Assembly (NCBI RefSeq): GCF_964355755.1
Contig: NC_092670.1
Span: 11,766,795 to 11,830,794 of the forward strand
DNA length: 64,000 bases
DNA from: Antedon mediterranea
Lineage: Eukaryota > Animalia > Echinodermata
Direction of reading: 5' to 3'
A program made the translations under genes and the position numbers. The notes under the pieces are model-generated. The model was not told where the DNA came from. It saw nothing but the letters and a program-made list of their open reading frames with translations, and did not search any database. Positions 26,173 to 39,198 of this stretch are shown in pieces (within the stretch, counting starts at the first letter, position 1; each line of letters starts with the position of its first letter).

Positions 26173-28069
26173 CCCCATGCACATGTTACGCTGCTTGGTA
26201 GGCCTATAGTGTTCGTTATAAGAAGACGAGATGTTTATACGTCCATGGTTTAAGCATGTATTGTATAATATTTATTTCTTTTTAATTTATTTTTAATATG
26301 TCGAATGCAGTTTTAATGATGCACTCTTGGCGTTCCATATCTTTTCGTTTGTTCGTGTCGACACAATCAGTATCAAATGGCGATATTTCTGTATTTTTTC
26401 AATCAATTGCTTGCTTGCGAGTATTATATAATAAGGTATAGTTTAAAGATCTTTGGCTATGTTCGGCTTCGGGATGTTATACCACACTTAGGCCTAGGCT
26501 AGGCTATAGGGGTCGTCGGTTTCGTGTTATGGGTCGTTCAATTCGAGGTCGTTCAATTCGAGGTCGCCCGGGTCGTTGGGGTCGTCCAATTCGAGGTCGT
26601 CGCTTTCTACACACCCCGTAGAATTATGTGGTGTTGTTGCTTGATTGTAAATTGCCCAGATTCTTCATTAGAAAAGAACTGATCAATTTGAACTGATATT
26701 AAGGAGTCTTTAGAACATGACAGATATTAAGATGTCCTCTATAAACGGAGTCCTCACAAACTCATATAAGAGGTCCTCTTGTAAAATCAGGTTCCCGTCG
26801 AATTTATTTTAGATAAGTAACTAAATTATCATGGATTTCGTACCCACCATTCCATCGATAGCTTTTTTTTTCTCTTTTGTGGTGCAAACACCACTTTTAT
26901 CCACATTCATTATATTATCTCATGTCATTACATAAAATCATATTATTTAACACATTTGTTAATTCCCAATGTCGTTACAATTCATCAGTAACATTTTTAC
27001 ATTTATGAATTCCGTATTGCCTCCTATTTTCATTAATGTTCTTCGTTTTAAAATATTTTACACATAAAGAATTTGTGAGATTTTCAATTGTTTGTTTTAA
27101 TTTTACAACCCGGATTATACAATGTATTTATATACAAGATAAAACGAATTAAATCAGATCAGCACCACCTGTAACTCGTATCACTGTGAATTCCTTTTCT
27201 GATAATCGAGCAAATTAGAATTTATATTAACATAATAGTATTTCTTAAAGCTACCCATTTTTCTATACTTGTTTCTTTATTGTTATATCTTTCACATTCA
27301 ATGTTAAGCATATTGCTTTCCTTTTGAATGAATTCCATAAAGATTTACCCACTGGCTTATTTAAAGATGTATTGTCCCCCTGAACAATTTTTTTTTTTAA
27401 AGGCCATTTTAATGATACATAAAAGTTATTCACTTTGAAAAAAAATTGGATCAAAAAAAAAATTATTTACCTTAGAAAATCGTAATTTCAAGTAAAAAAT
27501 AGTCAACCGGAAGTCGGTTGGCTGGCAGCCAGCTGGCTTCCGGTTTAATTTAACCCTTGACCTGAATTAGCTTATGAATTATGCATATTGTATGATTCTT
27601 GTGCGTGTATGTGACCTCTAGGTCATCAGAAAAAAAATACGACGTGATATGGCGAGACGACGATGTGGGAAAGTTCTGTAGTTTAACAACAACAAAAACA
27701 ACTCCTACTTGAAGAAAAGACTATGGCTAGGCCCTAGCAGATTGGTAAGTAAGAACTGTAGTTTCTATGGTGCAGCTTTGTTAGTTAGTATAGGAAGCCT
27801 AGCTAGCCCATTACAGCTGTACTGGCTATCTAGTGTACTATCCCCTATCTATTGGCTAGTCCTAGAGTAGTAGCTAGTCTAGTAGTGGTAGTAGTACTAG
27901 GCCTAGTTGTAGGCCTGAGTGAGGGTTCACCCTGAGTGAGTAGCAGGCCTAGCTAATACTTATAGATACAACTTGTAAGCCTTATTAATAGTTATAGCCA
28001 ACCTAGCTTTAAATAGGATTAGGCCTATAACATTCATCTGTGAGCATGGAGTAAGGAATAAGGTTTTAG

Positions 28070-28108
28070 CATGAGAGGTATAAAAATAAAATATTTTATA
28101 CCTCCATG
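28070..28108. mobile_element. Near-palindromic 39-bp P-type footprint, same family as 25276
   Basis: gttttag|catgagaggtataaaaataaaatattttatacctccatg|gttttat. Confidence 0.6.
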
Positions 28109-28180
28109 GTTTTATTGTGACTTGTGTGAATTTCGACACCACCAACTCGTCTTATTTTTAGTATAATACTATAATATTAA

Positions 28181-31100
28181 TGTAAAGAAGACCCGTGTCA
28201 CACGTTAACGTTTCCAAACAACTTTAATTCAACAATGATCAGATGTTCGAAATCTGCACCAACAATAACAAATTACATAAACACATGCATAAAGCTAGGC
28301 CTAGACCACTGTATAAAGCTCCCAAAAGCAAACTAGACAAAAAACTCATTAGAGCTACAGTATATAATAATATCAAAGTACAATACAGTGAATGCACTAC
28401 TCAAAGAACTTACACTATTACGTCTACATTAAGGTTATATTTCACGGGAATTCTCATAAGATGTGCGTATCAATCACCAATTCAAAGATTCACATGGTCA
28501 ACATGACCTCTGACCCACTCTTATTATCTAGAACTAGAGAGGGCGCTAAACCATTAAACAAGATATAAAGTCAAACTTTACATTCCGCCCCACGAAACAA
28601 ACTATTCATTAATGCCGTCTACTGCCACTAGAACGATCAATCGTTGCACTGCACGAGTTACAGTCTGCTTCGCATTTCTATCTTCATTTCTTAATTCAAC
28701 TTGCACCGTTCTCACTTTTCCGTTTATGTCTGGATACACACTGGAACCCAATCCCATCCTCCATTTCCCACGGGCGGTGTTGCTATCCTGCACCAACACG
28801 ACATCTCCGATCTGCATATTTCTCTTCTCATGATGCCATTTTTGTCTAACTATTAATGATGGGAAGTAATCTCTGTTCCATTTAACCCAGAAAGACTTTA
28901 TTAAGCTTTGTACAAATTCGATACGGTTTCTAATGTTATTGGTAGCTCTCCATGGTCCACTCGGTACTCTGGTTGTAGCACGTCCCAATAAAATCGTATT
29001 TGGACATAAGTATGCCCCATCTTCGGGATCGGTTGGATGTCTCCCAATTGGCCTTTCGTTAACCAAGTTGGCTACCTCAAATAGCACGGTTTGTAATTCG
29101 TTAAATGGAAGAACTTGTCCACCAATGGCATGATGTATACCTTTTTTATACCTTTGTTCAGTATCTCTGTTACTCCATTTTGCCAGGGAGAATCCGCGGC
29201 TGAAAACTTCCAAGTAGTACCTTTGGTGATGCCGAAATCATGAAGATCACTCTCCTGCCATCCGTCAATTACCCCTTTTAACTCCTTCGAAGCAGAAACT
29301 AATTGATTGTATATCTCAGTGGGGTATCCTCTTATGGACACAAATCTACGAAATGCTTGTAGAAATCCAGTTGTGCTGTAGTCCGTGGCGAGGTCTAGAT
29401 ATACGGCTTGAGTAACAAAACAGGTGAATATGATTCCATAAGCTTTTCCTCTTGCTCTCTTGTTTACTTCGCCACGAGTTATAAATGGACCAAACAAGTC
29501 AACACCGATGAATGACCATGGTGGAGAGGGCTTCAATCGCTCAATAGGTAATTGTCCCATCTGTTGTCCGGACATGTCTTTCTCTCTCTTCCTACAAGGA
29601 ACACAATGGTGTCTGATGCTTTTGGCTAATCTCTGTAAATTCAGAATCCAATACCTCAAACGAACAAGGGATACGGTAGACTGTACACCACAATGACTCC
29701 TATTATGTGCATGTGTAACATATAGTTTCGAAAATCGATGGTTTGCTGTCAATAGCGGTACTTCTTGGTTGTTGTAGCTAAAGTTAATATGCCTCTGCGC
29801 ACGAGCTCCTACTACAATCACACCATCATCTTGTACTCTAGGTGATAGCTTAGCATACTGGTCATCGAATCGTTTTTCATTGTTTATGAGCAAGTCCATT
29901 ATTGGTTTTTGGCACTCGATAATCCACAAGAGTTCGGCTTCATTGATGTCATTTGCTGTTAGAACATTTAAAGCGCCGGCAATTTTTTTCATTTTATACA
30001 TGTTTTTCATTTTCGTGTTGTATACAACAGCCTTCTCTGGATCCTTTTTTAACCTATTCTCAAGAGATTTTAGAGCGAAAAGTGCGGCGTTTCGATTATT
30101 TGGCAATTCAGCTGGGTCTTTAATCCAGGGATATTCTGCAATCCAATGAGAACCACAAAATTTGAGATTTTTCTCGATCAACGCCATTTCCCTTTCTTCC
30201 TTCAGTGTGTATTCCTTTGCGCCAACGGGACATCTCCCACAACGACAGCTACCACATTGAGGGTTGCACTGAACACCCATTCCTGCCATCTTAATAAATG
30301 AATCCAAACTGCAAGTTGTAACATGATGTATTAATGCTGCAGTCTTTACAAGCGTTGTTGTATTTTCTTTTAGGGTTGGATGTGAACCGCCCAAGCATTT
30401 TCCAAATCGGTTCTCGAGCAAAAGTAGATGTTCCGCAGCTTCCATTCTTATTGGGTGATAACCTGCGTACTCGTATCCTACAAGCAAGTCAACTTGGCCA
30501 GTTGGTCGCTTGATCTCTTCAAATCGGACTTTACTGAATAGTCCCACTACATGCTGCACTGCTATGCATTCTATATTTGACGTAATCTGGTCAATACCGT
30601 ATGCAGATATGTTGATCACGGATCCCTGTTTGTCGATTAGAGGTACAATATAATGGAAACTGTCTATTTCCTCTGTTAGTCCTCCAATCTTCGTAATGGC
30701 AATTTTCAGAGGCTGACCCTTAAGCTTGGCTGCCCTTGCCGATTTGTTTGTTACGAGAGATGCCGTTGCACAGCCATCAAACAAGACATTCATATGCCCA
30801 GCTCCCACCTTTATGCTCATCAACTGCAAAAGGCAGGCTCCAGTTTGTTTAGAAGTGGCGACCCCCGTGTGGTGATTTAATGTTGTTTTGGGTTGACTAT
30901 TGTCTCCAACAGTATCGTCATGTAGGCTTGAGTGGTGTAAGCGTGAACATTCAGATACACCACATTGTCGTTTGTTTTTGCATTCAGCTATACGATGCCC
31001 TCTTACTAGGCAGCCAAAACATGCACCCTTGGCCCTAACAAGTTGTGTTTTGTCAGATAGGTTCATTGCAATGTAAGCCCGGCATTCAGGCGTGGTATGC

Positions 31101-33031
31101 TGGCCCATGTCATGGACTAAGCAGTTCTTGTTGTTTTCAGATTTGGGTGCGTCGTTTCTCTCTTCAATGTTTGTGGTGTTAATGGTAAAGCGCGAAGACG
31201 GCTTCGATCTCACTCCCGACACTTCGTATTCTACACTTTTCTTTTCCCTCACTAAAAATTTAAGAAGCGCAGGAAATCTGTCAGTTCTATCAATTACTGC
31301 TTTTTCATCATATAATGACCGTGACCATTCTCTTCGAATAGCAGGTGGCAATCTCCTCTCAATGTCACTAACCACTCTGGTGTTGGACATTTCCTTCTCC
31401 ATTCCTAATTTCCGTAGGTCATTATGACCTCTCTCGATGATGTCGACAAACTCAACAAATCTTTTGTCGTCTCCGTCCTTGAGTGAGTCGATACTTTCAA
31501 AGTCATGCATAACGGCATCTGCTAATTTTATTGGGTCGCCATACCGCTCATCCAATCGCTTCCATATTTCGTTGATATCATCATCTACGGCGCCTACAAC
31601 TTGTAGAGGTTTTTCTCCAAGAGATTTCCGCAAAACGAATGCTGCTTGATCCCTTGTGGTCTCAGGCAAAATGAATTTTAGAAAGTCTGTTTTGAATCTA
31701 GGGTAGGCCCTTACATCTCCGTCAAAGGTTGGCAATCGCATTTTTTCCAATTGTATACCGCCTTTTTATTTCTCTTTTCATCTACTGTCTTCTGAGTTTT
31801 GCTTTTGTCGAGGTGCTCCAAAAATATAGCAACAGCACTACTGGTCTCGCCGTACTTATCACGTACTGACTGGAGCCACAGATTTTCATTTATTGCCTCT
31901 TCATTGGGAAGCATGGAAACGTATTGCATATGTGCAGTTTTTACGTCTTCCATCAATTTTACAAGGTCAGCCCTTGCAGCTTTAACACCCTCAACAGAAT
32001 TCTTGTTAATCAATTGGATTATCTGATCGCAAAGTTGTTGAAAATCATCATGTTGTATGCTACGAACGTTTTTCGCTCTCATTGCTGATATTTGGACTTC
32101 TTCCTCCTGCAGATGCCTTCTGTCAATTGCCTCAGAATCTATGTGCTGTTCATTAATGCGTGTTTTGTGTCTAAGTATCATTTCTCTTACTTCATCATAT
32201 GTCTTCTCTAGTTGGCCAATCCAATTCTCATTCTCCTCTTCGTCCTTTGCAGACTGTAAAACTACTGATTCATGTCGATCGTTTACTGATTTCCAGGCTT
32301 CCTTCAAGTCAGCATTCAGCATATGTACATATTCTATTGTTTTATTCTGGTCAATTGCGGCGACGATAGAATTACAAATTCTTGTAAAACGTCCCTTGGC
32401 AATACGTCTCAATTTCTTATAATCGGGGTCAGCCATGTTTTATAGAATAAAATTAAAGTCGGTGATTCAAGTGAATACAGTTCTGTGTATACAGTAATAC
32501 AAGGATGTAGCTCCTGGCGCAGTCAAATATTGGTATCACACCGAAAGAACGGTAACTTGAGTGCGTGATGAGCAGGTTCATAAACAGGTCAGCAGAGTGC
32601 TGTCACTTCTCACTGTGCACGTAGAACACAGTATTTCGAATGTAAAGAAGACCCGTGTCACACGTTAACGTTTCCAAACAACTTTAATTCAACAATGATC
32701 AGATGTTCGAAATCTGCAACAACAATAACAAATTACATAAACACATGCATAAAGCTAGGCCTAGACCACTGTATAAAGCTCCCAAAAGCAAACTAGACAA
32801 AAAACTCATTAGATAATAATATCAAAGTACAATACAGTGAATGCACTACTCAAAGAACTTACACTATTACGTCTACATTAAGGTTATATTTCACGGGAAT
32901 TCTCATAAGATGTGCGTATCAATCACCAATTCAAAGATTCACATGGTCAACATGACCTCTGACCCACTCTTATTATCTAGAACTAGAGAGGGCGCTAAAC
33001 CATTAAACAAGATATAAAGTCAAACTTTACA
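28181..33031 (-). mobile_element. BEL/Pao LTR retrotransposon, defective (gag-PR-INT; RT and RNaseH deleted)
   Basis: TG...CA LTRs at 28181-28582 and 32641-33031 differ by an 11-bp indel and about 1 substitution. 5-bp TSD attaa. PPT gtggggcggaa. Gag LPTFDGD and triple Cys-His knuckle, integrase HHCC, GVDLFGPF, SPWQNG, C-terminal RAVQRLIVL. Confidence 0.95.
28602..32436 (-). pseudogene. BEL polyprotein in three frameshifted pieces (32436-31711, 31750-29072, 29213-28602)
   Basis: ORF track shows the three pieces. No YVDD-type RT motif or RNaseH DAS motif lies between LENRLKKDPE and INEAELLWI. The integrase core reads YPTEIY-NQL and lacks the usual SDNG. Confidence 0.9.
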
Positions 33032-34052
33032 ATTAATAATAGTCTTTAATTTATCATTATTCATATCACTTTTCATTCACTTTAAAACATTTAATTTTCT
33101 TTTCTATGTAGAGTTTGTGATTAAAAAAAATTATACATAAGAGCAGCGAAACTCAAAAAGCGAAAACTTGTGAATGGCTGCCAAAAATAGAAAATAAGGT
33201 CACCACCAGGGCCAGGAGAGATTATGGTGCTTGGTTTTTCTTTCATGATTAATTAGATTTTAATGCTAATATAAATTTGTGAAAATTGTAACTAGGCCTA
33301 TACTGTACATCCAATAATGTAATTATTTTAGAGAAAATGACCAAATAATCTAAGTTGAATATTTTTTGGAATGTGTACTTTACAGTACTTAGTACCGTTA
33401 TGTTGAAAATTCTTCCAAAGCAATAACGTTCAAACCAACGTTCACACAATTAAACTTTTTATGTACATATTTTAATAAATAATGTCTTTCTTTTAATAGG
33501 TATTAACACACTTGAATGAACAATATGAGCAAGTAGTGGAAAATGGTGAAGAAATCAACACAAAATGTGGTAGCAACATTCACAATATTTATTTGAACGT
33601 TTCTTACTATGACACTTTAAAATGGATGAACAATCACAGAAGACAAGTGTCATATTATTTATGTTGTGATTCTCTGTGTTTAGAGAAGGATGCTTTAGAC
33701 CAGGTCCGCCTTATATTATTAGCCAATCAAAATCGTATAATTTTTGGAGGGAAAATGTTATCCTCCTCTGAAGCCTAAAATTTGCATATCCAGTATAAAA
33801 GTGGAATGTAATAGATATTAGAGAAGAAGAGAGAATAAGATCAGAGTAGATAAACGGAAAGATGATAAAGAGAATATTAACGCTTGACTGGTAGTGGTAG
33901 AAAGATGTATTAATCGAATTACAAGGAATAAAAGTTCTAGTTGAGTTAAATATACCTTTTGTATGAGTTATCATTCAGAAACAGCTGTGTACGTCGCGTG
34001 GAAATATATACGCCTGAGAAAGCTCGGAACCAACTAAAATAAATTCACTACA

Positions 34053-34066
34053 TGGTGGCAGCGGTG
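34053..34066 (+). promoter_or_regulatory. Primer-binding site complementary to the tRNA-Leu 3' end
   Basis: TGGTGGCAGCGGTG directly follows the 5' LTR and is the reverse complement of CACCGCTGCCA-CCA, the 3' end of metazoan tRNA-Leu(AAG/TAG). Confidence 0.85.
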
Positions 34067-34585
34067 AAAATTTTTGTTTACATGATTTAAGTATCAAGAA
34101 GAAGAAGAAGAAGTGACAGTGCCTACTCTACGGGCCTGTTAAATCAGTAACCAAAAAGTTAAATGGTTACGAAGATCTGGATTCCTGACAGTTTTTATAC
34201 CGTGCGTTGTTTGGATATTACAACGAAGAAGAAGTACTGTTGAGCTCAAGGTACCTGCTCAAGACTGCTGGATATTCATCGGAGATACTTATATATTCAC
34301 CGAGGTCTGAAAGAAGAAGACTGAAGTAACAGAAGGAAGCCCAGTAAAGTTGGAGAAGATTTGCAAAGCTGACTTTGTAAACTATTTTTTATTTCGAAAG
34401 TAAATATTTGTACGGAGCGAACTTGGAACGTTGTTTGTGACTTTGAAGTAAATTAATGTCTTATATTGTATTGCATTTAAGAATTTATGTGGATTTCATA
34501 TTAATCAACAAGGTAATACAAATACTTTTATAACATATTTTGTATACATAAGTTTACATATTTCATTAGTAAAATTGTTATTAGC

Positions 34586-37500
34586 ATGACAACTTTAAGA
34601 TCGGGTAAAAATATAGATAAGACTATGTCAGAAAAAGATACTAGGGAAGATATGGTTGACCAAGAAGAGGTTGACCAAGTCAATGAAATGTATGATAACA
34701 TGGCTAGGGATATTGATTTGCCCGAAATACCCGGCGGTATGCCTAAAGATATGATGCTCGAATATTTTCGAATGAAGTTCGAGGCCGAGGCCGAAAACAA
34801 AAAGTTAGAATTACAATACCAACAAGACCAATTAAGATTAGAAGCAGATATAGAGCAAAAGAAAATAGATATAGAGCAAAGAAAAATTGAATCACAAGAA
34901 AGAGTGAAAATGATGGAATTAGAAAATAGGTCTAGCTACAGTAAAGCTAGGAATATAATAGATGAAATGAAGGTAAAGGTTCCTACTTTGAAGGAATCAG
35001 ATGATATTGATATATATTTTAGAACATTTGAACACTTGGCAGAAGCCACAGGTTGGGATAAGAATACGTGGTCCGCTAGGTTAGCACCTGAACTGTCTGG
35101 TAAAGCTAGGACAGCATATGCATCCTTAACCGTAAAAGAATGTGTAGATTATGATACCTTAAAGAAGGCAATCTTAGAAAAGTATGATGTGTCCGCAGAG
35201 ACCTACAGACTTAAATTTAGAAATTCAAACAGAGTTAAAGATATGTCCATCAGGGAATGGCTGAATGAGCTCTCCCATTATTTAAAATGTTGGATGAAAT
35301 GTGCTAATGTAAAAGAAGATGATGCTGCAGGCATTATTGAAATGATTATAATGGAATAGGCACTTGATAAAATGCCTGAAGATCTGAGGCTTTATCTTAG
35401 AGATAAACAAGTAAATAAGAGCTATGATATGGCTAGGATAGCCGATGATTATATAGCTAATAGAGGTGGCCGTGGCTATTGGAATGCCGTAAATTCTGAA
35501 AATAAGCCTACGTATTATAAGGGCCAAGAAAACAGTAAACCCAAGAATAGTACGACTCAGAATAACCCTGGAGCTAGGCAGCAAGGATACAATAGGTATC
35601 GCGGAAGGGGAGGCAAATTCCATAACTATGGTAGAAATTTCCAACAGAGAGAACCTTCAAATGAATGGATTAATGGCCTATGCTTCAATTGTAAGGAGAA
35701 GGGACATAAAATAGGGGATTGTCCTAAGATGGTAGCAAAAGGAAAGACTAGTGACACTAAGAAGGGCCCGAATGTGAAAGATGGCTTAAGATGTGAAGAA
35801 ATAAAATCAGATAGACCCCAAGTAGTTATGGATAGTGTAGAAAATAAAATGGAGAAGTGTACAATACCAGGAAAATTAGAAGGACTGGATATAACTATGC
35901 TAAGAGACTCGGGATGTACCCAGTCAGCTGTTAAGGAAAGTCTAGTGCCAAACAAATGTTACTTGCCAGGAAAATGGGTTACGTTAAGAAGTATAGGAGG
36001 CGATATTACCGTCCCCTTAGCTGAGGTAGCTATAGAAAGTAAGATAGTGACAGGAAAAATGATTGTAGCCGTAATCGAAGGATTACAGAGGGACATGTTA
36101 TTGGGTCATGATTTGGACCAGAATTGTGGGGAAACAATGGCTAAAGAAATGTTCGTCCTAACTAGGGAGCAAGCCAGAATAGAAAATGATGTTAGAATAC
36201 AAGACGAAATGATATTGTTAGGGAAAGATAGTAACTTTAAGCCGATAGAAGAGCCGCCTAAAGAAACTAATGTACAATTGTTGAAAACAGTAGTAAATGA
36301 CAACAAAGTAAATAAAACAAAGTGTTTAGATGATATGAATGGAACAGAAATGAATAATTTGTTTGACGAAAATGAGGATAAAGCTAAAGATAAAACAGTC
36401 AAACATAAAACTTATGAACAACAGCACAAGCTGAACCTAACTAAACAAGAACTGATCAAATTGCAAACTAAGGATGACTCACTCAAAGGAGTGTTTGACA
36501 GGGTAGTCCCTATAGAAGAAATAGGTCAGCATAGGGTGTGTTTCTTTATGAGACAAGGTATATTGATGAGAAATTGGAGTAGTATTAAAGATAAGAATAA
36601 CCAAGTGGAACAGATTGTATTACCCACTCAGTGTAGACAGGGTGTATTACACTTAGGTCATAATGTGCCATTTGCAGGTCACATGGGTGTTAAGAAAACT
36701 AAAAGTAGGGTCCTGAACCAATTCTATTGGCCAGGTATATTTAAAGATGTGGTAGTCTATTGTAAAGTCTGTAAGGAATGCCAAAAGGTAGATAAGGGTA
36801 AAAGTAAAAGGAAACATACTTTGATACCATTACCGATTATAAGTACACCATTTAAACGTATAGCGATAGACATCGTTGGACCCTTATCTAGAACAAGCCG
36901 TAATAACAAATATATGCTTACTATAATTGACTATGCTACGAGATATCCGGATGCTATCCCGTTAGAGCTGAAACAGTAGCCAGGGCTCTAATAGAAGTCT
37001 TTACTAGAGTAGGATTACCCGAAGAGATTGTACATGATCAAGGAACTAATTTCATGTCTTCAATTATGCAATATATATGTAGTATGTTGGGGATTAATCA
37101 ATTAAAGACTACAGTGTACCACCCCCAAAGCAATGGGCTTGTTGAAAGATTTCACGGTACATTGAAAAATATGATACGGACACTTATAGTAAAGCAAAGA
37201 AAAAATTGGGATAACTACATACCCCCCTTTCTGTTTGCATACAGAGAAGTTCCTAGTAAAGCGACGGGCCATTCACCTTTTAAATTGCTTTATGGTAGAG
37301 AGGTGAGGGGACCCTTGAGTTTACTCAAAAGTAATTGGGTAGAAGATGAAGAAACATCTACTGATGTTATCAAATACATGTTAGAAATAAGAGAAAAAAT
37401 GGAGGAATTAATGAAAGATGCTAATGTAAACAAACTTGAACAACAAGAAATTATGTCCCACAATTATAACAAGAATGCTATTGATAGAGAATTTGTAGAA

Positions 37501-39198
37501 GGGGACAAAGTGTTGATATTCCTTCCAGTAGGAAATAGTAAGTTAGACAGTAAATGGCAAGGCCCCTTCACTGTTACAAAAAAGGTCAATGATGTAAATT
37601 ATGAAATATACATAGGAGGTAGAAGAAAAGAAAAACAAATTCTACATGTTAATATGTTAAAGAGATGGTATGATAAAGTAGAAATAAGTAAAGATGGTTA
37701 TTATGTAGTAACAAATGTTCAGTCGATAGAAGTCCATGACAATGAGTTAGATAGTGAAATAGACATAGGATTGTCTTATCATCAATCACAAACATGGAGA
37801 GATGTTAACGTTAGTAGTAATTTAAATGATACACAAACTAAACAATTAACAGAATTGTTAAAGTACCAACAGAATGTATTCTCGGATGTACCAGGTAGAA
37901 CTCACTTAGTGACACATGAAATTAAGACTAATGGTGAAATGCCTATAAGGCATAGGGCATATAGAACGCCCCAAGCATTAAAGGGTAAATTGAAAGAGGA
38001 ATTAGAAAGTATGTTGGCTATGGGTATAATAGAACCTACTGTTAGTGCCTATGCTGCACCTATTATTGCCCTGAAGAAAGGCCAGAATCAAATTAGAATG
38101 GTGACAGATTTTAGATCACTAAATAAGACTACACAATTTGACCCTTATGTTATGCCTCGCATAGACGAATTGTTGGATGAGGTATCATCCGCAATATACT
38201 TAACTACGTTAGATCTAACTAAAGGATTTTACCAGGTGCCTCTGGATCCTAAGACCAAAGACAAATCAGCATTTATTACACAATTTGGACAGTATTGTTA
38301 CAATGTACTTCCATTTGGTATGCAAAATAGCTCTAGTACTTTCCAAAGATTAATGGATAAGGTATTAAAAGGTACTGAGGGATATGCTAAGGCATATATA
38401 GATGACATATGTATTTATAGTCAAACTTGGAAAGATCATATTTTTCATTTGAATGATGTATTAGAAAGATTAAGTAGTGCTGGATTGACAGCAAAGCCTT
38501 TGAAATGTAAAATTACCTATGCACAGGTAGAATTTCTGGGGCATAAGATTGGTAATGGAGAAATTAGACTCATGATTGATAAGGTTGAGGCTGTGGAAAA
38601 GTTCCCCAGACCTTTGTCTAAGAAACAAGTCCGATCATTTCTCGGATTAACTGGCTATTACAGAAAATGTGTACAGAACTATGCCGATATTGCTAAACCA
38701 TTGATTGATTTAACTTTAAAGAGTAAAAGTAATACCGTTAAGTGGAATGAACAATGTGAAAATGCCTTTGTAACTTTAAAGAAACGACTTACTGATGATA
38801 ATGTATTAAAAGCCCCAAATTTTGATAAGATGTTTTTATTGCAAACCGATGCCTCAAATTATGGCATAGGTGCAGTGCTGAGCCAAATAGATGGTGAGGG
38901 TAATGATTATCCCATTGTGTACTTAAGTAGAAAGTTATCTGTACATGAGCAGAGATATTCTGTGCCAGAAAAAGAGTGCCTCTCTATTGTTTGGGCTATC
39001 AATAAACTTAAGTATTATCTGTATGGTTGTGAATTTCAAGTTCATACTGACCACCAGGCATTGAGATGGATGGACTCAATGAAGGGTGCCAATGTTAGAC
39101 TTATGAGATGGGCTCTGTTTTTACAAGGATATAAATTTAAAGTTATTTACAAGAAAGGATCATTAAATGGAAATGCAGATGGATTAAGCCGTGCATAA
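34586..39198 (+). pseudogene. Gmr1 gag-pol with one in-frame stop (35357-35359) and one frameshifting deletion (~36962)
   Basis: ORFs 34586-35359 and 35372-36979 share a frame (ME*ALDKMP). After PDAIPL the integrase continues in another frame (RAETVARALIEVFTRVGLPEEIVHDQGTNFMS). Confidence 0.92.

Larger units (their letters stand above)
24884..26616. mobile_element. MULE/foldback-type non-autonomous transposon with ~320-bp TIRs
   Basis: GGGTGTGTAGAAAGCGACGACC ... GGTCGTCGCTTTCTACACACCC. 10-bp TSD cgtagaatta (24874-24883, 26617-26626). Arms 24884-25200 vs 26300-26616. Confidence 0.88.

Noticed and set aside
33711-33974. 87-aa minus ORF repeated at 39363-39626
   Set aside because: Lies within the two Gypsy LTRs, and the duplication explains its recurrence.
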